64,000 nucleotides of DNA from an uncultured cyanobacterium (GCA_963793425.1 CAWCAG010000009.1:768001-832000), one strand, 5' to 3'; counted from the stretch's first letter, positions 1 through 14,726 are shown. Program-made: numbers and translations. Notes: a model not told the origin generated them from the letters alone.

Positions 1-1514
<1,514 letters not shown>

Positions 1515-1620
1515 TTGTAGCTTGAAATTTGAAGATACGTTATGTAAATACTTTCTGTTTTTAGCAAACAGGGTATTTACTTACTACCTCTATTCTTTCT
1601 GCTTTCTACCTGTTTCTTAT

Positions 1621-1636
1621 GCAGTTTTCAAGGTTC
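1621..1636 (-). promoter_or_regulatory. ITS boxA antiterminator
   Basis: The reverse complement is GAACCTTGAAAACTGC, the cyanobacterial boxA, located between tRNA-Ala and 23S. Confidence 0.8.
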
Positions 1637-1723
1637 TAACTGGATAGATTTATCCAGCAGGCTCTCTATGCTCAGATACTGAGTATTAGACAAGTTGCTG
1701 AATTAAGCTTAATCCTTCTTTAT

Positions 1724-1799
1724 TGGTGGAGGTAAGCGGACTTGAACCGCTGACATCCTGCTTGCAAAGCAGGCGCTCTACCAACTGAGCTATACCCCC
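1724..1799 (-). tRNA. tRNA-Ala(TGC)
   Basis: The reverse complement GGGGGTATAGCTCAG...TTGCAA...TACCTCCACCA folds as a cloverleaf with encoded CCA, in the rRNA ITS. Confidence 0.97.
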
Positions 1800-1811
1800 A
1801 ATTCAAATTGG

Positions 1812-1888
<77 letters not shown>

Positions 1889-2012
1889 TTTGTTTAGTTC
1901 ACCTGAACTCTAGTTTGAAAGCTTTACTACGCCCATTTCCTCCGAACGACCTTGGGATTGTTTTCAATCTCTTAATAACAATTGGGTTAAGAGCTGAAAA
2001 CTGGTCTCCCTA

Positions 2013-3501
<1,489 letters not shown>

Positions 3502-3710
3502 GTGGTTTGAGTTCTTTAGCTCTTTTTCGCAACTGCAAACTAAATAGCTTGAGTTACTGTTTTATTATTTCTTTGACGAAGGTTGTTCGCAATCTATTTA
3601 AGCTCTCTTCAAAGCTTAATAGTTACTTGGTTTCGTATTACTTTCAAACTATTGTTTTTTCCAGGTGCTGGCGCTGAAAGAAGCGTGCCTCTCTCAACCG
3701 CGCATTTACC

Positions 3711-3739
3711 AATATACTCACCCTTTTATTGTTTGTCAA
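3711..3739 (-). promoter_or_regulatory. rRNA operon sigma70-type promoter
   Basis: The minus strand reads TTGACA-17 bp-TATATT. A leader boxA-like AGCACCTGGAAAA lies near 3656-3669. Confidence 0.8.
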
Positions 3740-3835
3740 TACTTCTGAAGAAAATAATTCGGACGACAGGGACAATATATCCTAAAACCCTATACACAAC
3801 AATACTTTTGAGAGTTTTAAGAAATTGAAAATTAA

Positions 3836-4096
3836 TTACTGGTAACGATTAATCTCTTCTTGCAACCAAGCATCTACAGGAGTTCCATCTTTACGACATA
3901 GTTCTATTTCAATTATTGTGTCTAGGTCTGAACCTTCTGGAGCAGGTATTTGATGAAAAGAAATATCATACTCCAGGGGATTTTCTTTACGCTCTCGTAG
4001 CCAATCTTGCACTTTTGTCATAGCAAAGAAGGATTGCCCTTGCTCAAACATCCGAGAGAGTTGCATTCTTAGAGTGTAGGGATTGATACGGGCCAT
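3836..4096 (-). CDS. conserved cyanobacterial hypothetical protein (likely start MARINPYTLRMQ)
   Basis: ORF track 3836..4204. The internal ATG at 4096 gives an 86-aa protein. Confidence 0.7.
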   Translation of the reverse strand: MARINPYTLRMQLSRMFEQGQSFFAMTKVQDWLRERKENPLEYDISFHQIPAPEGSDLDTIIEIELCRKDGTPVDAWLQEEINRYQ

Positions 4097-4205
4097 AGCT
4101 AAAATTCCCCATGTAATAAGTTGCAAATCTAAGTTTATAGTAATCTTGGGAGATATTAAAAGGTAAATACCAACGCCTGAATACCTAGTAGTGGAGAATG
4201 CCAAA

Positions 4206-7200
4206 CTAACTAATGGTGCGAACTGGAATTTCTACTATGAACTCCGCACCTTTGCCTGGTTCGGAGATGCAGGTAATGTTACCTTGATGACGTTCTACAA
4301 CAATTTGATAGCTAATCGATAAACCCAAACCTGTTCCTTTGCCGATTGGTTTGGTTGTAAAGAAAGGATCGAATAATTTAGAAGCTACTTCGGCAGTCAT
4401 ACCAGGGCCATTATCCTTGATACTAATAGCGACCCAACCATTATTAAGTAAGGTGCGGATATGGATATTAGGAACTTGGTGGTTTTCTTGATCTAGAGCA
4501 TCAATAGCATTAGATAAGAGATTCATGAAAACTTGGTTTATTTGTCCTGCATGGCAGGTGATAGGTGGCAAATCACCGTATTCTTTGGTAACTGTAATCT
4601 CACTTCGGTTATTCCTTCCAGATGAAAAGCGCAAACGATTTTGTAGGATCAGCAAAGTATTGTCTAAACCTTCGTGTAAATCTACTTCTTTTGCTCCTGA
4701 TTCATCTAGGCGAGAGAAGTTACGTAGAGAAAGGACAATCTGGCGAATGCGCTCTGCACCCATTTTCATTGAGCCTAATAATTTAGGTAGATCGGATTTA
4801 ATGAAGTCCCAATCTATTTCTTTCTGTGCTTGGCAAACTGCTGTTACAGGCTTAGGATAATGAGTTTCCCAAAGATTAAGAAGTTCTAGTAAGTCGTGGG
4901 TGTATTCTTTAGCATGGGCAACATTACCATAGATGAAATTAACCGGGTTATTTATCTCATGGGCAACCCCCCCTACCATCTGCCCTAAGCTAGACATCTT
5001 TTCACTTTGAATTAGTTGAGTTTGGGTGCGCCTCAGTTCATGCAAAGTTTGTTCGATTTTCTCAGCTTGAGCCTGGGCTTTAGTGGTTGCTTCTTTACTT
5101 TGATTGTAAAGTTCTGCTTGTTCAATTGCGATGGCCACAGGGGTAGCTAAAGCTTTGAGAAGTTTGACTTGACTTTTAGCCCAAGGACGAGGGCTACTAC
5201 AGCGAATACAGGCAATCACTCCTGGTTGACCTTGCTGAGTTCGAGTAGGCACTGCTAGCAGAGATTTATAATTGAGAGATTGAAAGAAACGTTGTATGGG
5301 TTGACTTTTAACTCTAGTAATGTCATCAATTTGAATTAATTCTCTTTGGAAAATTTCTTCAGTCCACTCGCCAATTTCCAAGGCAGGATAAATACCAAGT
5401 TGGTTAGGAACCCCTTCAGCTTTAGATTGGGTAACAACCTGCCAAAAAGGTTGGTTGAAATCTTTTCTATACCAAAGAAATATACACAGGTCTATAGCAA
5501 ACAATTCTCGGATTCGGTTGACTGTAGTCTGTAAAATCGTATTCAGGTTGAGGGATGTACGAATTTGAGTAACTACAGAATTAAAAAGTTTTTCTCGTTG
5601 AGCAATTTCTCGATAACGAGCTTCTGAAAGTCCGATTTGTCGTTGAGCTTGTTTTTTGGCAGTAGAGTCTACAGCTAGCCCAATAATACCTGTAACTTGC
5701 TCATTGCGGTCTTTAATCTTAGCTTTGATAATTTCTAACTCGTGGTATTTACCATCAACAAAAGGAAGAGTTTCCTCAGAAAAGTGGGGGTTTTCTTGAG
5801 CTAAACAAGCTGCATCTGAAGCTACACAGTTGGCTGATTCTGATTCCCCCAGAATTTTTTTATAATGGCTAGCTTGCAGAAATTTTGATTCAGGAACCCC
5901 CACATTTTCACAAAAAGTCTTATTAACAAATTGCATCTTTCCTTGGGTATCTGTCATCCAAATCCAAATAGGGGCATTATTTAACAAAGCTTTTAGGGTT
6001 TGTTTTTGCTCTTCTAAAAGATTCTCTGCCCGCTTACGTTCGGTTATATCAACACCAATACTCCAAGATTCCCAACCAGGAATAGGAAATTGATCAGAAA
6101 TATTTGACCAAGCAACAGTTCTCACAGAGTTATCTTTAGCAGTCATTTCCCATTCCCAACTGCGATAATTTTTCTCCTTCTTTTGCCATTGACTCATCAT
6201 AAAATTGTGATAACTAGATTCTGGATAAAGTTTGGTCAAAGCATCAGGTTGATTGACAATTTCTTGAGCAGAAAAACCTGTGACTCTTTCACATTCTTTG
6301 TTCCAGACAATGAAGTTACCCTCTTCATCTATAGCATCCATCATCACAGGCATATTTTCAATAACCGAACGCAGTTTCTGTTCTTGCTGTTTTAAGGCAA
6401 TTTCTCCTTTTTGTCGTTCTGTGACATCAAGAATTAAGGAAAGAACAGATTCAAGCTGACCTGAATTATCGAGAGAAACTGAGTTATACCACTCGCAATA
6501 AACAACAGAACCTTCTTTGTTATAGTTACGGTTGAGAATAGTGTTATGAGGTTGGCTGCCGTCAATTAGACTAGCTATTACTTGTTCAACCTGTTTTAGA
6601 TCCTGTGGAAAAATAAATTTCCATTGGTCAGGATTTTTACCTATGACTTCTTGAGGTTGCCAACCGAAAATTTCTACAGCTTTTTTTGACCAACGCTTGA
6701 CGCAAAAATGATTATCCCATTCAATAACGGCTACAGGAGAGTTTTCGACGTGAAAGTTTAATTGTTGGAGAGCTTGTTTAAGTTGTTCTGCTGTTTGCTT
6801 ACGTTCACTAACTTCTTTTTCTAAAAGTTGGTTAGCTTGTTTCATTTGCTCTGGACTTGGTAAAGCTAGAGCTTTAGGGAATAAAATGACCAACAACACT
6901 GCCGTTACTACAGAAATGCTAGCTGTAATTGCCTCAACAAATCCTGATAGCCAGTAGTTAGGATGCCAAAGAGTCCAAACACTTAAAATATGGCCAGTAC
7001 CACAAGCAATAATAAAAGCTGCGAATAATTGAAAAATCCAGTGAAAAGGAATATCAGGGCGTTTGCGGAGAAAATAAATAATTGTTATGGGAATAGAATA
7101 ATAGGATAGAGCAATTAGAGCATCGCTTATCCAATGAAGCTTCATTAGACCTGGCTGCCAGAGATAGCAGTTACCGTGAGGCATATAAGAAGCAATTGCT

Positions 7201-7226
7201 AACAGATTAGCGGTTAAATCAAACAT
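4206..7226 (-). CDS. sensor histidine kinase with an ethylene-receptor-like N-terminal TM domain, 3 PAS, GAF and HisKA/HATPase
   Basis: ETR1-like motif SDALIALSYYSIP...FIIACGTGH, H-box AHEINNP and G-box GKGTGLGLSISY. Confidence 0.9.
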   Translation of the reverse strand: MFDLTANLLAIASYMPHGNCYLWQPGLMKLHWISDALIALSYYSIPITIIYFLRKRPDIPFHWIFQLFAAFIIACGTGHILSVWTLWHPNYWLSGFVEAITASISVVTAVLLVILFPKALALPSPEQMKQANQLLEKEVSERKQTAEQLKQALQQLNFHVENSPVAVIEWDNHFCVKRWSKKAVEIFGWQPQEVIGKNPDQWKFIFPQDLKQVEQVIASLIDGSQPHNTILNRNYNKEGSVVYCEWYNSVSLDNSGQLESVLSLILDVTERQKGEIALKQQEQKLRSVIENMPVMMDAIDEEGNFIVWNKECERVTGFSAQEIVNQPDALTKLYPESSYHNFMMSQWQKKEKNYRSWEWEMTAKDNSVRTVAWSNISDQFPIPGWESWSIGVDITERKRAENLLEEQKQTLKALLNNAPIWIWMTDTQGKMQFVNKTFCENVGVPESKFLQASHYKKILGESESANCVASDAACLAQENPHFSEETLPFVDGKYHELEIIKAKIKDRNEQVTGIIGLAVDSTAKKQAQRQIGLSEARYREIAQREKLFNSVVTQIRTSLNLNTILQTTVNRIRELFAIDLCIFLWYRKDFNQPFWQVVTQSKAEGVPNQLGIYPALEIGEWTEEIFQRELIQIDDITRVKSQPIQRFFQSLNYKSLLAVPTRTQQGQPGVIACIRCSSPRPWAKSQVKLLKALATPVAIAIEQAELYNQSKEATTKAQAQAEKIEQTLHELRRTQTQLIQSEKMSSLGQMVGGVAHEINNPVNFIYGNVAHAKEYTHDLLELLNLWETHYPKPVTAVCQAQKEIDWDFIKSDLPKLLGSMKMGAERIRQIVLSLRNFSRLDESGAKEVDLHEGLDNTLLILQNRLRFSSGRNNRSEITVTKEYGDLPPITCHAGQINQVFMNLLSNAIDALDQENHQVPNIHIRTLLNNGWVAISIKDNGPGMTAEVASKLFDPFFTTKPIGKGTGLGLSISYQIVVERHQGNITCISEPGKGAEFIVEIPVRTIS

Positions 7227-7458
7227 AAAGGAGCAACAACAGTTTTTTTACCTTGATTTATCATTCACCCTTGGCTCTTAGGCACATATCGAAAGTGAAG
7301 TAACAAATGCCCCCAAAAAAAACAGAAAAAGAGTCAGTCAGCCTGAACTACCTCTTAAGTTATACTTGATACTCCCCCTTCTTGGCCGCTTTATGAATGA
7401 CTAAATTTGAAATAGTTATCTACAATTTTGCTGAAATAATTTTTATTTAAACGAAAGA

Positions 7459-9084
7459 ATGTCCCCTGAAATTCAGACTAGCTTGCAAACAGCCGTTGAG
7501 AGTCGGCGCAACTTTGCAATTATTTCTCATCCTGATGCTGGTAAAACAACCCTAACAGAAAAACTTTTGCTCTATGGAGGAGCAATTCATCAAGCTGGTG
7601 CTGTGAAAGCCCGTAGGACTCAGCGTAAAGCTACTTCTGATTGGATGGAGATGGAGCAACAAAGAGGTATTTCTATTACCTCTACGGTGTTACAGTTTGA
7701 TTACCAGGATTATCAGATTAACTTACTCGATACACCAGGACACCAAGATTTTAGTGAAGATACTTATCGTACTTTAGCAGCAGCAGATAATGCTGTGATG
7801 TTGATTGATGCAGCGAAAGGTTTGGAACCTCAAACAAGAAAATTGTTTGAAGTTTGTCAAATGCGATCCCTGCCTATTTTTACTTTTGTGAATAAGTTAG
7901 ATCGTCCAGGAAGAGAGCCTTTAGAATTACTTGATGAAATTGAGCAGGAGTTGGGTTTACAAACCTATGCCGTAAATTGGCCCATTGGTATGGGAGATCG
8001 TTTTAAAGGGGTTTTTGATCGTCGTCAGCAAAAAGTTCACTTGTTTGAACGTCAGGCCCATGGTAGCAAGGAAGCAAAGGATACAATCCTTGATTGGGGA
8101 GATCCTCAGATTGAGGAAGTATTAGAACCAGAACTCTATAATCAACTTAAAGAAGATTTAGAAATATTAGAAGAAATTGGTCTGCCTCTGGATTTAGAAG
8201 CAATTCACACAGGTAAAATGGCTCCTGTTTTCTTTGGCAGTGCTATGACTAATTTTGGGGTGCAGTTGTTCTTAGATGCTTTCTTAGATTATTCCCTACA
8301 ACCCGAATCCCGTAACTCTTCTATAGGAGAAATTCCTCCTACCTATCCCGAATTTAGCGGTTTTATTTTCAAACTACAGGCGAATATGGATTCTAAACAT
8401 AGGGATAGGGTGGCTTTTGTACGAGTTTGTACGGGCAAGTTTGAGAAGGATATGAGCGTCAAGCACGCCCGTACCGGGAAAAGCATTCGCCTATCCCGCC
8501 CCCAAAAACTTTTTGCTCAAGGTCGGGAATCCTTAGAAGAAGCCTATCCTGGGGACGTGATTGGTTTGAATAATCCTGGGGTTTTTGCTATCGGCGATAC
8601 CATTTACCAAGGACAAAAGATTGAGTATGAAGGGATTCCTTGTTTTTCTCCGGAAATATTTGCTTATGTAAAAAATCCTAACCCTTCTAAGTTTAAGCAA
8701 TTCCATAAAGGGATTACAGAATTAAGGGAAGAAGGTGCGGTACAAATTATGTATTCTGCTGATGAGTTTAAACGTGATCCTATCCTCGCCGCTGTGGGGC
8801 AATTGCAATTTGAAGTTGTTCAGTTTCGCCTTAAAAATGAATATGGGGTAGAAACAAAGTTAGAAGTTTTACCCTACAGTGTTGCACGTTGGGTAGCTGG
8901 GGGCTGGGCAGCTTTAGAAAAGGCAGGACGCTTGTTTAATACAGAGGTTGTGAAGGATAATTGGGGTAGACCTGTGCTATTATTTCGCAATCAGTGGAAT
9001 GTAGACCAGATTAAGAGTGATTTTTCGGAGTTAGAGTTAACAAGTATTGCTCCGGTAGGGGCAGGCTTACAACCAGAAAAATAA
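7459..9084 (+). CDS. prfC: peptide chain release factor 3
   Basis: Motifs [24 protein letters not shown] and NKLD. Confidence 0.97.
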   Translation: MSPEIQTSLQTAVESRRNFAIISHPDAGKTTLTEKLLLYGGAIHQAGAVKARRTQRKATSDWMEMEQQRGISITSTVLQFDYQDYQINLLDTPGHQDFSEDTYRTLAAADNAVMLIDAAKGLEPQTRKLFEVCQMRSLPIFTFVNKLDRPGREPLELLDEIEQELGLQTYAVNWPIGMGDRFKGVFDRRQQKVHLFERQAHGSKEAKDTILDWGDPQIEEVLEPELYNQLKEDLEILEEIGLPLDLEAIHTGKMAPVFFGSAMTNFGVQLFLDAFLDYSLQPESRNSSIGEIPPTYPEFSGFIFKLQANMDSKHRDRVAFVRVCTGKFEKDMSVKHARTGKSIRLSRPQKLFAQGRESLEEAYPGDVIGLNNPGVFAIGDTIYQGQKIEYEGIPCFSPEIFAYVKNPNPSKFKQFHKGITELREEGAVQIMYSADEFKRDPILAAVGQLQFEVVQFRLKNEYGVETKLEVLPYSVARWVAGGWAALEKAGRLFNTEVVKDNWGRPVLLFRNQWNVDQIKSDFSELELTSIAPVGAGLQPEK

Positions 9085-9123
9085 ATCCATGATTCCCGTG
9101 GTATATAAAAAGACTATAAGTTG

Positions 9124-10839
9124 CTACCAATACAACTTTTCTGACAATAATTTCTCCGCCGCCTCTCCCTGGAGAGGTTTAGAAAACAAATATCCTTGCC
9201 CATATTCACACTGTAACCAAAGTAATTGAGAAATTTGTTCTGCTTCTTCAATGCCTTCAGCAATCACATCCATTTCTAAACCATGGGCTAAGGTAATAAT
9301 AGTGCGAATAATCTCCAAACTTTCTTCGTCAGAATCCATGCGATTAATGAAAGAACGATCAATTTTTAGGGTATCAATGGGCATTTGATGTAATCTTTCC
9401 AAACAGGAGTAACCTGTACCAAAATCATCAATGGAGAGTTTGATGCCCATTGACTTGAGCTGTTGCAGCATTCCTGTTTCTACATCATTGTGTTTCATCA
9501 TTACCCTTTCAGTGATTTCTAGCTTCAAGCTGCCTTTTCTAAGTTTAGTTTGAGCCAAGATACTCTCTAAACGGAATTGCATACCAATTTGATAGAGCAT
9601 TTGCCCTGACATATTGACGCTTATGGCAAAGGAGTCTGTTACTTTACCTTCCCTTTGCCAAGCACTGATTTGCTGGCAAGCTTTTTCCAGAATCCACCAA
9701 TCAATTGCACTTATTAAATCGCTTTCTTCTGCTAAAGGAATAAATTCGTTAGGAGAAATCCAACCTTCTGTCGGGTGTTTCCAACGTACTAGGGCTTCAA
9801 ACCCAATAATAGTGCCAGTTTTTAGGGAAACTATCGGTTGGTAAACAATTTTAAGTTGCTCATCTTGAATACCTCTTCGCAAATCTGTTTCTAGCTGTAA
9901 ACGGGCTACAGCTTGCTGGTGCATTTGAGGTTTGAAGACAGCATAACCGCTTTTAGCTTTGACTTTGGCATAATTCATTGCTGTATCTGCGGCATCTAAC
10001 CAGTCTTCTGGCTGAGAAAAATCGTTCTTTTCGAGAGAATTCTTGTTGCCAAAAGCAATTCCTACGCTGACAGGAGAATAGATTTCATGGTTACTGAATT
10101 TCAGAGGGGAGTTTAATTTTGTGGAGATAAGTTTAGCAAGGGAAATAGCATCTAACTTAAACAATTGTTCTTGCCATAAAATTGCTAAGGCTTTATCCCC
10201 TACTCGCGCTATAGGTTCATTTAGGCTTAAGAAAGCTTGAACTTCCTTTGCTATGGTAGGGATCAATTGTTCAGCGACTTGATGTCCCAAACTGTATTTA
10301 ATTTTGGCGAAGCGATCTAGGTTGATAAAAACCACAGCAAAGGCTTTTTTGTCTTGATTATTTTCTGATTTAAGCAGAGTTTCTAAGTGTTGCAAGAACC
10401 AAGTCTTATTTGGTAATCCTGTTAGGGAGTCATGAAGAGCAACTCGTTTAAGTTCATTTTCCAGTTGTTCGCAACTAGTAAGATTGTTTTTGGGTTGTAG
10501 CTTTTCTCTAAAGTTTGCAGGCAACTTTTTTAGGGATTGACAAGGATAATTATTAACTACTTGAAGCCTAGTACTAAAATTCTGATTCTGATTCAGTGTT
10601 TCTTGTTTCTGGGATTTTTTATTATTAACTCGCCAACGCAGTAATAAATAAACAAATAAACCTGTAGTCACAACGAAAATCCAGCTTCTTACATTTTGTA
10701 TTTGACTCAAAAGTTCAAGATCATCTATCAATTGTTGTAACAAAAGGTCAAAGAGTAATATCCAGACACTACTAAGCAAGAAATAAAGACTGATGAGATT
10801 ACGGGGTTGCTGGGCTATCCAACTATTATCGTTGTTCAT
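9124..10839 (-). CDS. membrane-anchored GGDEF(degenerate)-EAL protein, probable c-di-GMP phosphodiesterase
   Basis: HDSLTGLPN is present, the GGDEF site is replaced by VGDKA, and EAL and DDFGTGYS are intact. Confidence 0.88.
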   Translation of the reverse strand: MNNDNSWIAQQPRNLISLYFLLSSVWILLFDLLLQQLIDDLELLSQIQNVRSWIFVVTTGLFVYLLLRWRVNNKKSQKQETLNQNQNFSTRLQVVNNYPCQSLKKLPANFREKLQPKNNLTSCEQLENELKRVALHDSLTGLPNKTWFLQHLETLLKSENNQDKKAFAVVFINLDRFAKIKYSLGHQVAEQLIPTIAKEVQAFLSLNEPIARVGDKALAILWQEQLFKLDAISLAKLISTKLNSPLKFSNHEIYSPVSVGIAFGNKNSLEKNDFSQPEDWLDAADTAMNYAKVKAKSGYAVFKPQMHQQAVARLQLETDLRRGIQDEQLKIVYQPIVSLKTGTIIGFEALVRWKHPTEGWISPNEFIPLAEESDLISAIDWWILEKACQQISAWQREGKVTDSFAISVNMSGQMLYQIGMQFRLESILAQTKLRKGSLKLEITERVMMKHNDVETGMLQQLKSMGIKLSIDDFGTGYSCLERLHQMPIDTLKIDRSFINRMDSDEESLEIIRTIITLAHGLEMDVIAEGIEEAEQISQLLWLQCEYGQGYLFSKPLQGEAAEKLLSEKLYW

Positions 10840-11326
10840 GTCTTTATGAGTCTGTAGAGTTTGGGAGTGTTTAGGGAAGCAGGTTAAAGAAGTGTTCTTT
10901 GATCTTTACTTAACAAACAGCAACATTAAAGCACTGCTTAGAAAAGCTGGATTTTAGGGATTTAACTATTTTCAATAAGTAGCTTTAACTACTACAAGAG
11001 TGTTAATAAATAGCCTGCTGAGCATTTTAAGTGTAAATTGTCAGCAGCTACTATCACCTCCTGCTTTTTATATATCTTCAACAGTGAAATGACTGATTAC
11101 TGATCAAGTAAATAATTTTTCTCTGAAGTGATATTAACGAAAATAATCTGCAAGATAAATTTATTCAAACCCTATAGGGTATAGACAACCAGGCAAATTA
11201 GTATAAGTTGTTGAGTATTCAGTGTATATATTGTCACTAGTAGTCAATTTTTAATTGAGGGTAGAGGGAGAAAGGCAATCTTTAAACTGCACAAACTAGT
11301 TTTTAACTTATATCTAGAAAAGACTA

Positions 11327-12181
11327 CTATGACAGAGTTCCTTTGTCTGTTACCCAGCTTACAATTGCTTGAGTTAGCCCTTCTAGGGTATATTCCTCGG
11401 CTTCTATATCTACCCGATGAAAAATTTCCTGGCAACTTAGAGAGGTTTGAGGACCAATGGAAGCGATAATAATTTGGGAAAGAAAACTATCTAATTCTGC
11501 TGGTAATAAATTTGACTTTAAAAGCTGGTGGAAGTTTTTGACGGTTTTAGAACTAGCAAAAGTAACAATATCAATATTCTGCTGTTTGATAGCCTTTAAG
11601 GTGAAAGAAGGAATTTGCTTAGGACAAGCAGACTGATAAACCGGAACCTCTGTCACTTTTGCCCCTTCTTCGGTTAAAGCCTTAACCAAAAGTTCTCGCC
11701 CTCCTGTTTCTACCCTAGGGAAAAGAACTTTTTTCTCTTTTAAGGGTTCCGGAAACTCTTCTACCAAAGAATCTGCTATATAGGCAGAGGGAATAAAGTC
11801 AGCTTTCAAACTGCGTTGCTGAAGATACTGAGAAGTCTTTTTACCCACCACAGCAATTTTAATTTTCATCCTCGCCAAATCTTTAATGCTTTTCCCTAAA
11901 CTCAAAAGGCGATCGCAAAAATAATTTACTCCGTTAGCAGAAGTCAGAATCAACCAATCAAAATCTTGTAAAACTGCGATCGCCTCATCTAAACCTTGCC
12001 AGTTAGAAGGGGGACAAATTTCTAAAGCAGGCATCTCAACAACTTCGGCCCCTTGTTTTTCTAAAAGATTAGTAAATGTACTTGATTGTTGGGCCGCACG
12101 AGTGATTAAAATTGTCTTTTGGTTTAAAGGTAGTTGAGTCATTTTTTTAGTTGGAGAAGCAACATCAAGAAATTCAACCAT
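11327..12181 (-). CDS. hemD: uroporphyrinogen-III synthase
   Basis: Motifs ILITRA, DWLILTSANGV, TFASSKTV and ASIGPQT. Confidence 0.92.
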   Translation of the reverse strand: MVEFLDVASPTKKMTQLPLNQKTILITRAAQQSSTFTNLLEKQGAEVVEMPALEICPPSNWQGLDEAIAVLQDFDWLILTSANGVNYFCDRLLSLGKSIKDLARMKIKIAVVGKKTSQYLQQRSLKADFIPSAYIADSLVEEFPEPLKEKKVLFPRVETGGRELLVKALTEEGAKVTEVPVYQSACPKQIPSFTLKAIKQQNIDIVTFASSKTVKNFHQLLKSNLLPAELDSFLSQIIIASIGPQTSLSCQEIFHRVDIEAEEYTLEGLTQAIVSWVTDKGTLS

Positions 12182-12250
12182 TAATTATCCTGCTTTGTTA
12201 GGACAAAAAACCAACTTGACAAAAAAACAAAGACAAACAAACTATCAATT

Positions 12251-14284
12251 ATGACTCGCTTACCCAACCAACGCTGGCAAATTGCCTCCCCTCCTCCAGA
12301 ACAAGTTTCTCTACTAATTCAAGCAACGGGTTTGCCCAGTCTCCTGGCTAAAGTTGTCATTAACCGCAGCATCAAAACCCCCGAACAAGCAGAAATTTAT
12401 CTTGATCCAGAATCTCAAACCTTGCCCCCCCCCATTGATGAATTTGCTGATTTGGGCGTTAGCGTTGATTTAATCTCTGAAGCGATCGCCGAAGGGAGAA
12501 AAATTGCTATTTGTGGAGATTATGATGCCGACGGCATGACTAGTACCGCTTTGTTATGGCGGGCTTTAGGGCATTTAGGGGCAGAGGTTAGTTATGCTAT
12601 TCCTAGTCGTATGAAAGATGGTTACGGCATCAATAACCGCATTGTCGAAGAATTTGCTAAAGAAGGAGTCGAGTTAATTTTAACCGTAGACAATGGTATT
12701 TCTGCTGTGGAACCCATCGCTAGGGCAGTAGAGTTAGGTTTAAGCGTAATTATTACCGATCACCATGATTTGCCCCCAGAATTGCCAGAAGCAGATGCCA
12801 TCCTTAATCCTAAATTATTACCAAAATCTTCTCCTTATTATGGCTTAGCAGGAGTAGGAGTTGCTTATATCTTAGCCATAACCACCGCCCAGGAAATGGG
12901 GCAACTCAAAGGTTTAACCAACCAACTCTTAGAACTATTCACATTAGGAACTATTGCAGACTTAGCCCCCTTAGTGGGAGTAAACCGCCGTTGGTTAAAG
13001 CGAGGTTTGCGTATGTTACCCAAATCTCAATTAGCAGGAGTACAAGCCTTAATTCAAGTTTCAGGAGTAAGTGAAGAACAAAAAGCCCTGCAACCCGATG
13101 ATATTGGCTTCCGTTTAGGACCGAGAATCAACGCTGTGGGGCGTTTGGCAGACCCACAAATTGTTATTGACCTCCTCACTACTAATGACCAGGGAATAGC
13201 CTTAGAAAGGGCTATGCAATGCGAACAAATCAACCGCCAACGGCAAACTCTTTGCGAAGAAATTGAACAACAAGCCATTGCCAGCCTCAAACAAAGAAAA
13301 GAAGATTGGTATAAAAAGCGAGTTTTAGTTGTTGTGCAACCAGGTTGGCATCATGGAGTCATTGGTATCGTTGCTTCGCGTTTAGTAGAACGTTATGGGG
13401 TTCCTGTCTTTATTGGTACTTACGAAGAAGATGATGATAGCAGAATTAGGGGTTCTGCCAGAGGAATACCTGAATTTAATATTTTTGAAGCCTTACAACA
13501 TTGCCAACCTCTTTTGGGTAAATTTGGGGGACACAAGGCGGCAGGAGGATTTGGTTTACCTGCTGAGAATTTAAAAGATTTTGAAACTAAGTTAGCAGAA
13601 TTTGCCCAACAATCTCTAGAACCAGATCACCTCAAACCCTTAGTCAAAATCGATGCTGAGACACATTTACGAGAAATCAACGCCTACTTATATAAACAAA
13701 TTGATAGTTTGCAACCCTGGGGAATTCAAAACCCAGCCCCCATCTTTTGGACAGCTAATGTAAGGGTTTTAGAACAAGAAAGAGTTGGTAAAGGTAAGGG
13801 GCATCTGAAGCTAGTTTTAGGGGAAGATGCCAGTAAATCTGCCCCAACATCAATTAAGGCGATCGCCTGGCGTTGGGGAGAGTATTTTCCTGTACCTTCC
13901 CGCGTTGATGTTGCTTATAAGCTGAAGGAAAACCACTGGAATGGCAAAACCAATGTAGAGTTAGAAATTGTCGGCATCAGGCTTCCTAGTTCAACAACCT
14001 CTCAAGCCATCACTCAAACTACTGCTACTCAAAAAGCACAATTCAGCTATAAAGGGCGCTTCTATAGCTGTAGCCTTTGGGAATCATTAAACGAACTAAG
14101 AATCAAAAATCCCCAAGGAAAAGTCCTAGCAGTTAGCAAAGGGAAAACCATAGCCCTCATCGGCACAACCAGAGATGATGCCCAAGAAGTTGATGTAGGT
14201 AAAAATTCCCCTTACTACTCCGTTATCAAAGCTGCCGTAGCTGCTTTAGCAAAACAAAACCCAGTAAGCAATGATCAACAATAG
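12251..14284 (+). CDS. recJ: ssDNA-specific exonuclease RecJ
   Basis: DHH-family motifs GDYDADG, TDHH and GGHKAAGG. Confidence 0.95.
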   Translation: MTRLPNQRWQIASPPPEQVSLLIQATGLPSLLAKVVINRSIKTPEQAEIYLDPESQTLPPPIDEFADLGVSVDLISEAIAEGRKIAICGDYDADGMTSTALLWRALGHLGAEVSYAIPSRMKDGYGINNRIVEEFAKEGVELILTVDNGISAVEPIARAVELGLSVIITDHHDLPPELPEADAILNPKLLPKSSPYYGLAGVGVAYILAITTAQEMGQLKGLTNQLLELFTLGTIADLAPLVGVNRRWLKRGLRMLPKSQLAGVQALIQVSGVSEEQKALQPDDIGFRLGPRINAVGRLADPQIVIDLLTTNDQGIALERAMQCEQINRQRQTLCEEIEQQAIASLKQRKEDWYKKRVLVVVQPGWHHGVIGIVASRLVERYGVPVFIGTYEEDDDSRIRGSARGIPEFNIFEALQHCQPLLGKFGGHKAAGGFGLPAENLKDFETKLAEFAQQSLEPDHLKPLVKIDAETHLREINAYLYKQIDSLQPWGIQNPAPIFWTANVRVLEQERVGKGKGHLKLVLGEDASKSAPTSIKAIAWRWGEYFPVPSRVDVAYKLKENHWNGKTNVELEIVGIRLPSSTTSQAITQTTATQKAQFSYKGRFYSCSLWESLNELRIKNPQGKVLAVSKGKTIALIGTTRDDAQEVDVGKNSPYYSVIKAAVAALAKQNPVSNDQQ

Positions 14285-14331
14285 TCAACTGACAACTGTT
14301 CGGCTTACCGTTGCCGCTAGGCATCATTGAG

Positions 14332-14472
14332 TTACATATCTCCACCGCTAAAAGCCAAGACAAAAATAACAGCAGGCCCAGCAATCATAATTAAACTGAC
14401 AAATAATAAATTAGCGATTACTTCCCAGTTAATACTGGTAACAATATCAACAAATCCTGATAATATGCCCAT
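14332..14472 (-). CDS. psb30: photosystem II protein Psb30 (Ycf12), 46 aa, not in ORF track
   Basis: Manual translation MGILSGFVDIVTSINWEVIANLLFVSLIMIAGPAVIFVLAFSGGDM, with an AGGAGA RBS upstream. Confidence 0.92.
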   Translation of the reverse strand: MGILSGFVDIVTSINWEVIANLLFVSLIMIAGPAVIFVLAFSGGDM

Positions 14473-14726
14473 TTCTTCTCCTTGCGTTTTTATCTAAACT
14501 AAATATTAAAGATATAGAAATCCAATTCACATACTACCTGCCTGACCTGACAACTTTTTCATTTATCTTACAAAACTTCATAAAGTTGAGTGAAGAGAAC
14601 AGGGGCAAAAGAAAAATAACTGAACATAATTCAAAAAATATACGGATTAATCACGAGGAGAAGTTGTAGAAACAATTATCATATATAACAATGTGAGCAA
14701 ACCTTAACCCCATTGGAGAAACCCTA

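Noticed and set aside
9124..10839. Active diguanylate cyclase
   Set aside because: The GGDEF signature is degenerate (VGDKA). Such GGDEF-EAL hybrids are common.
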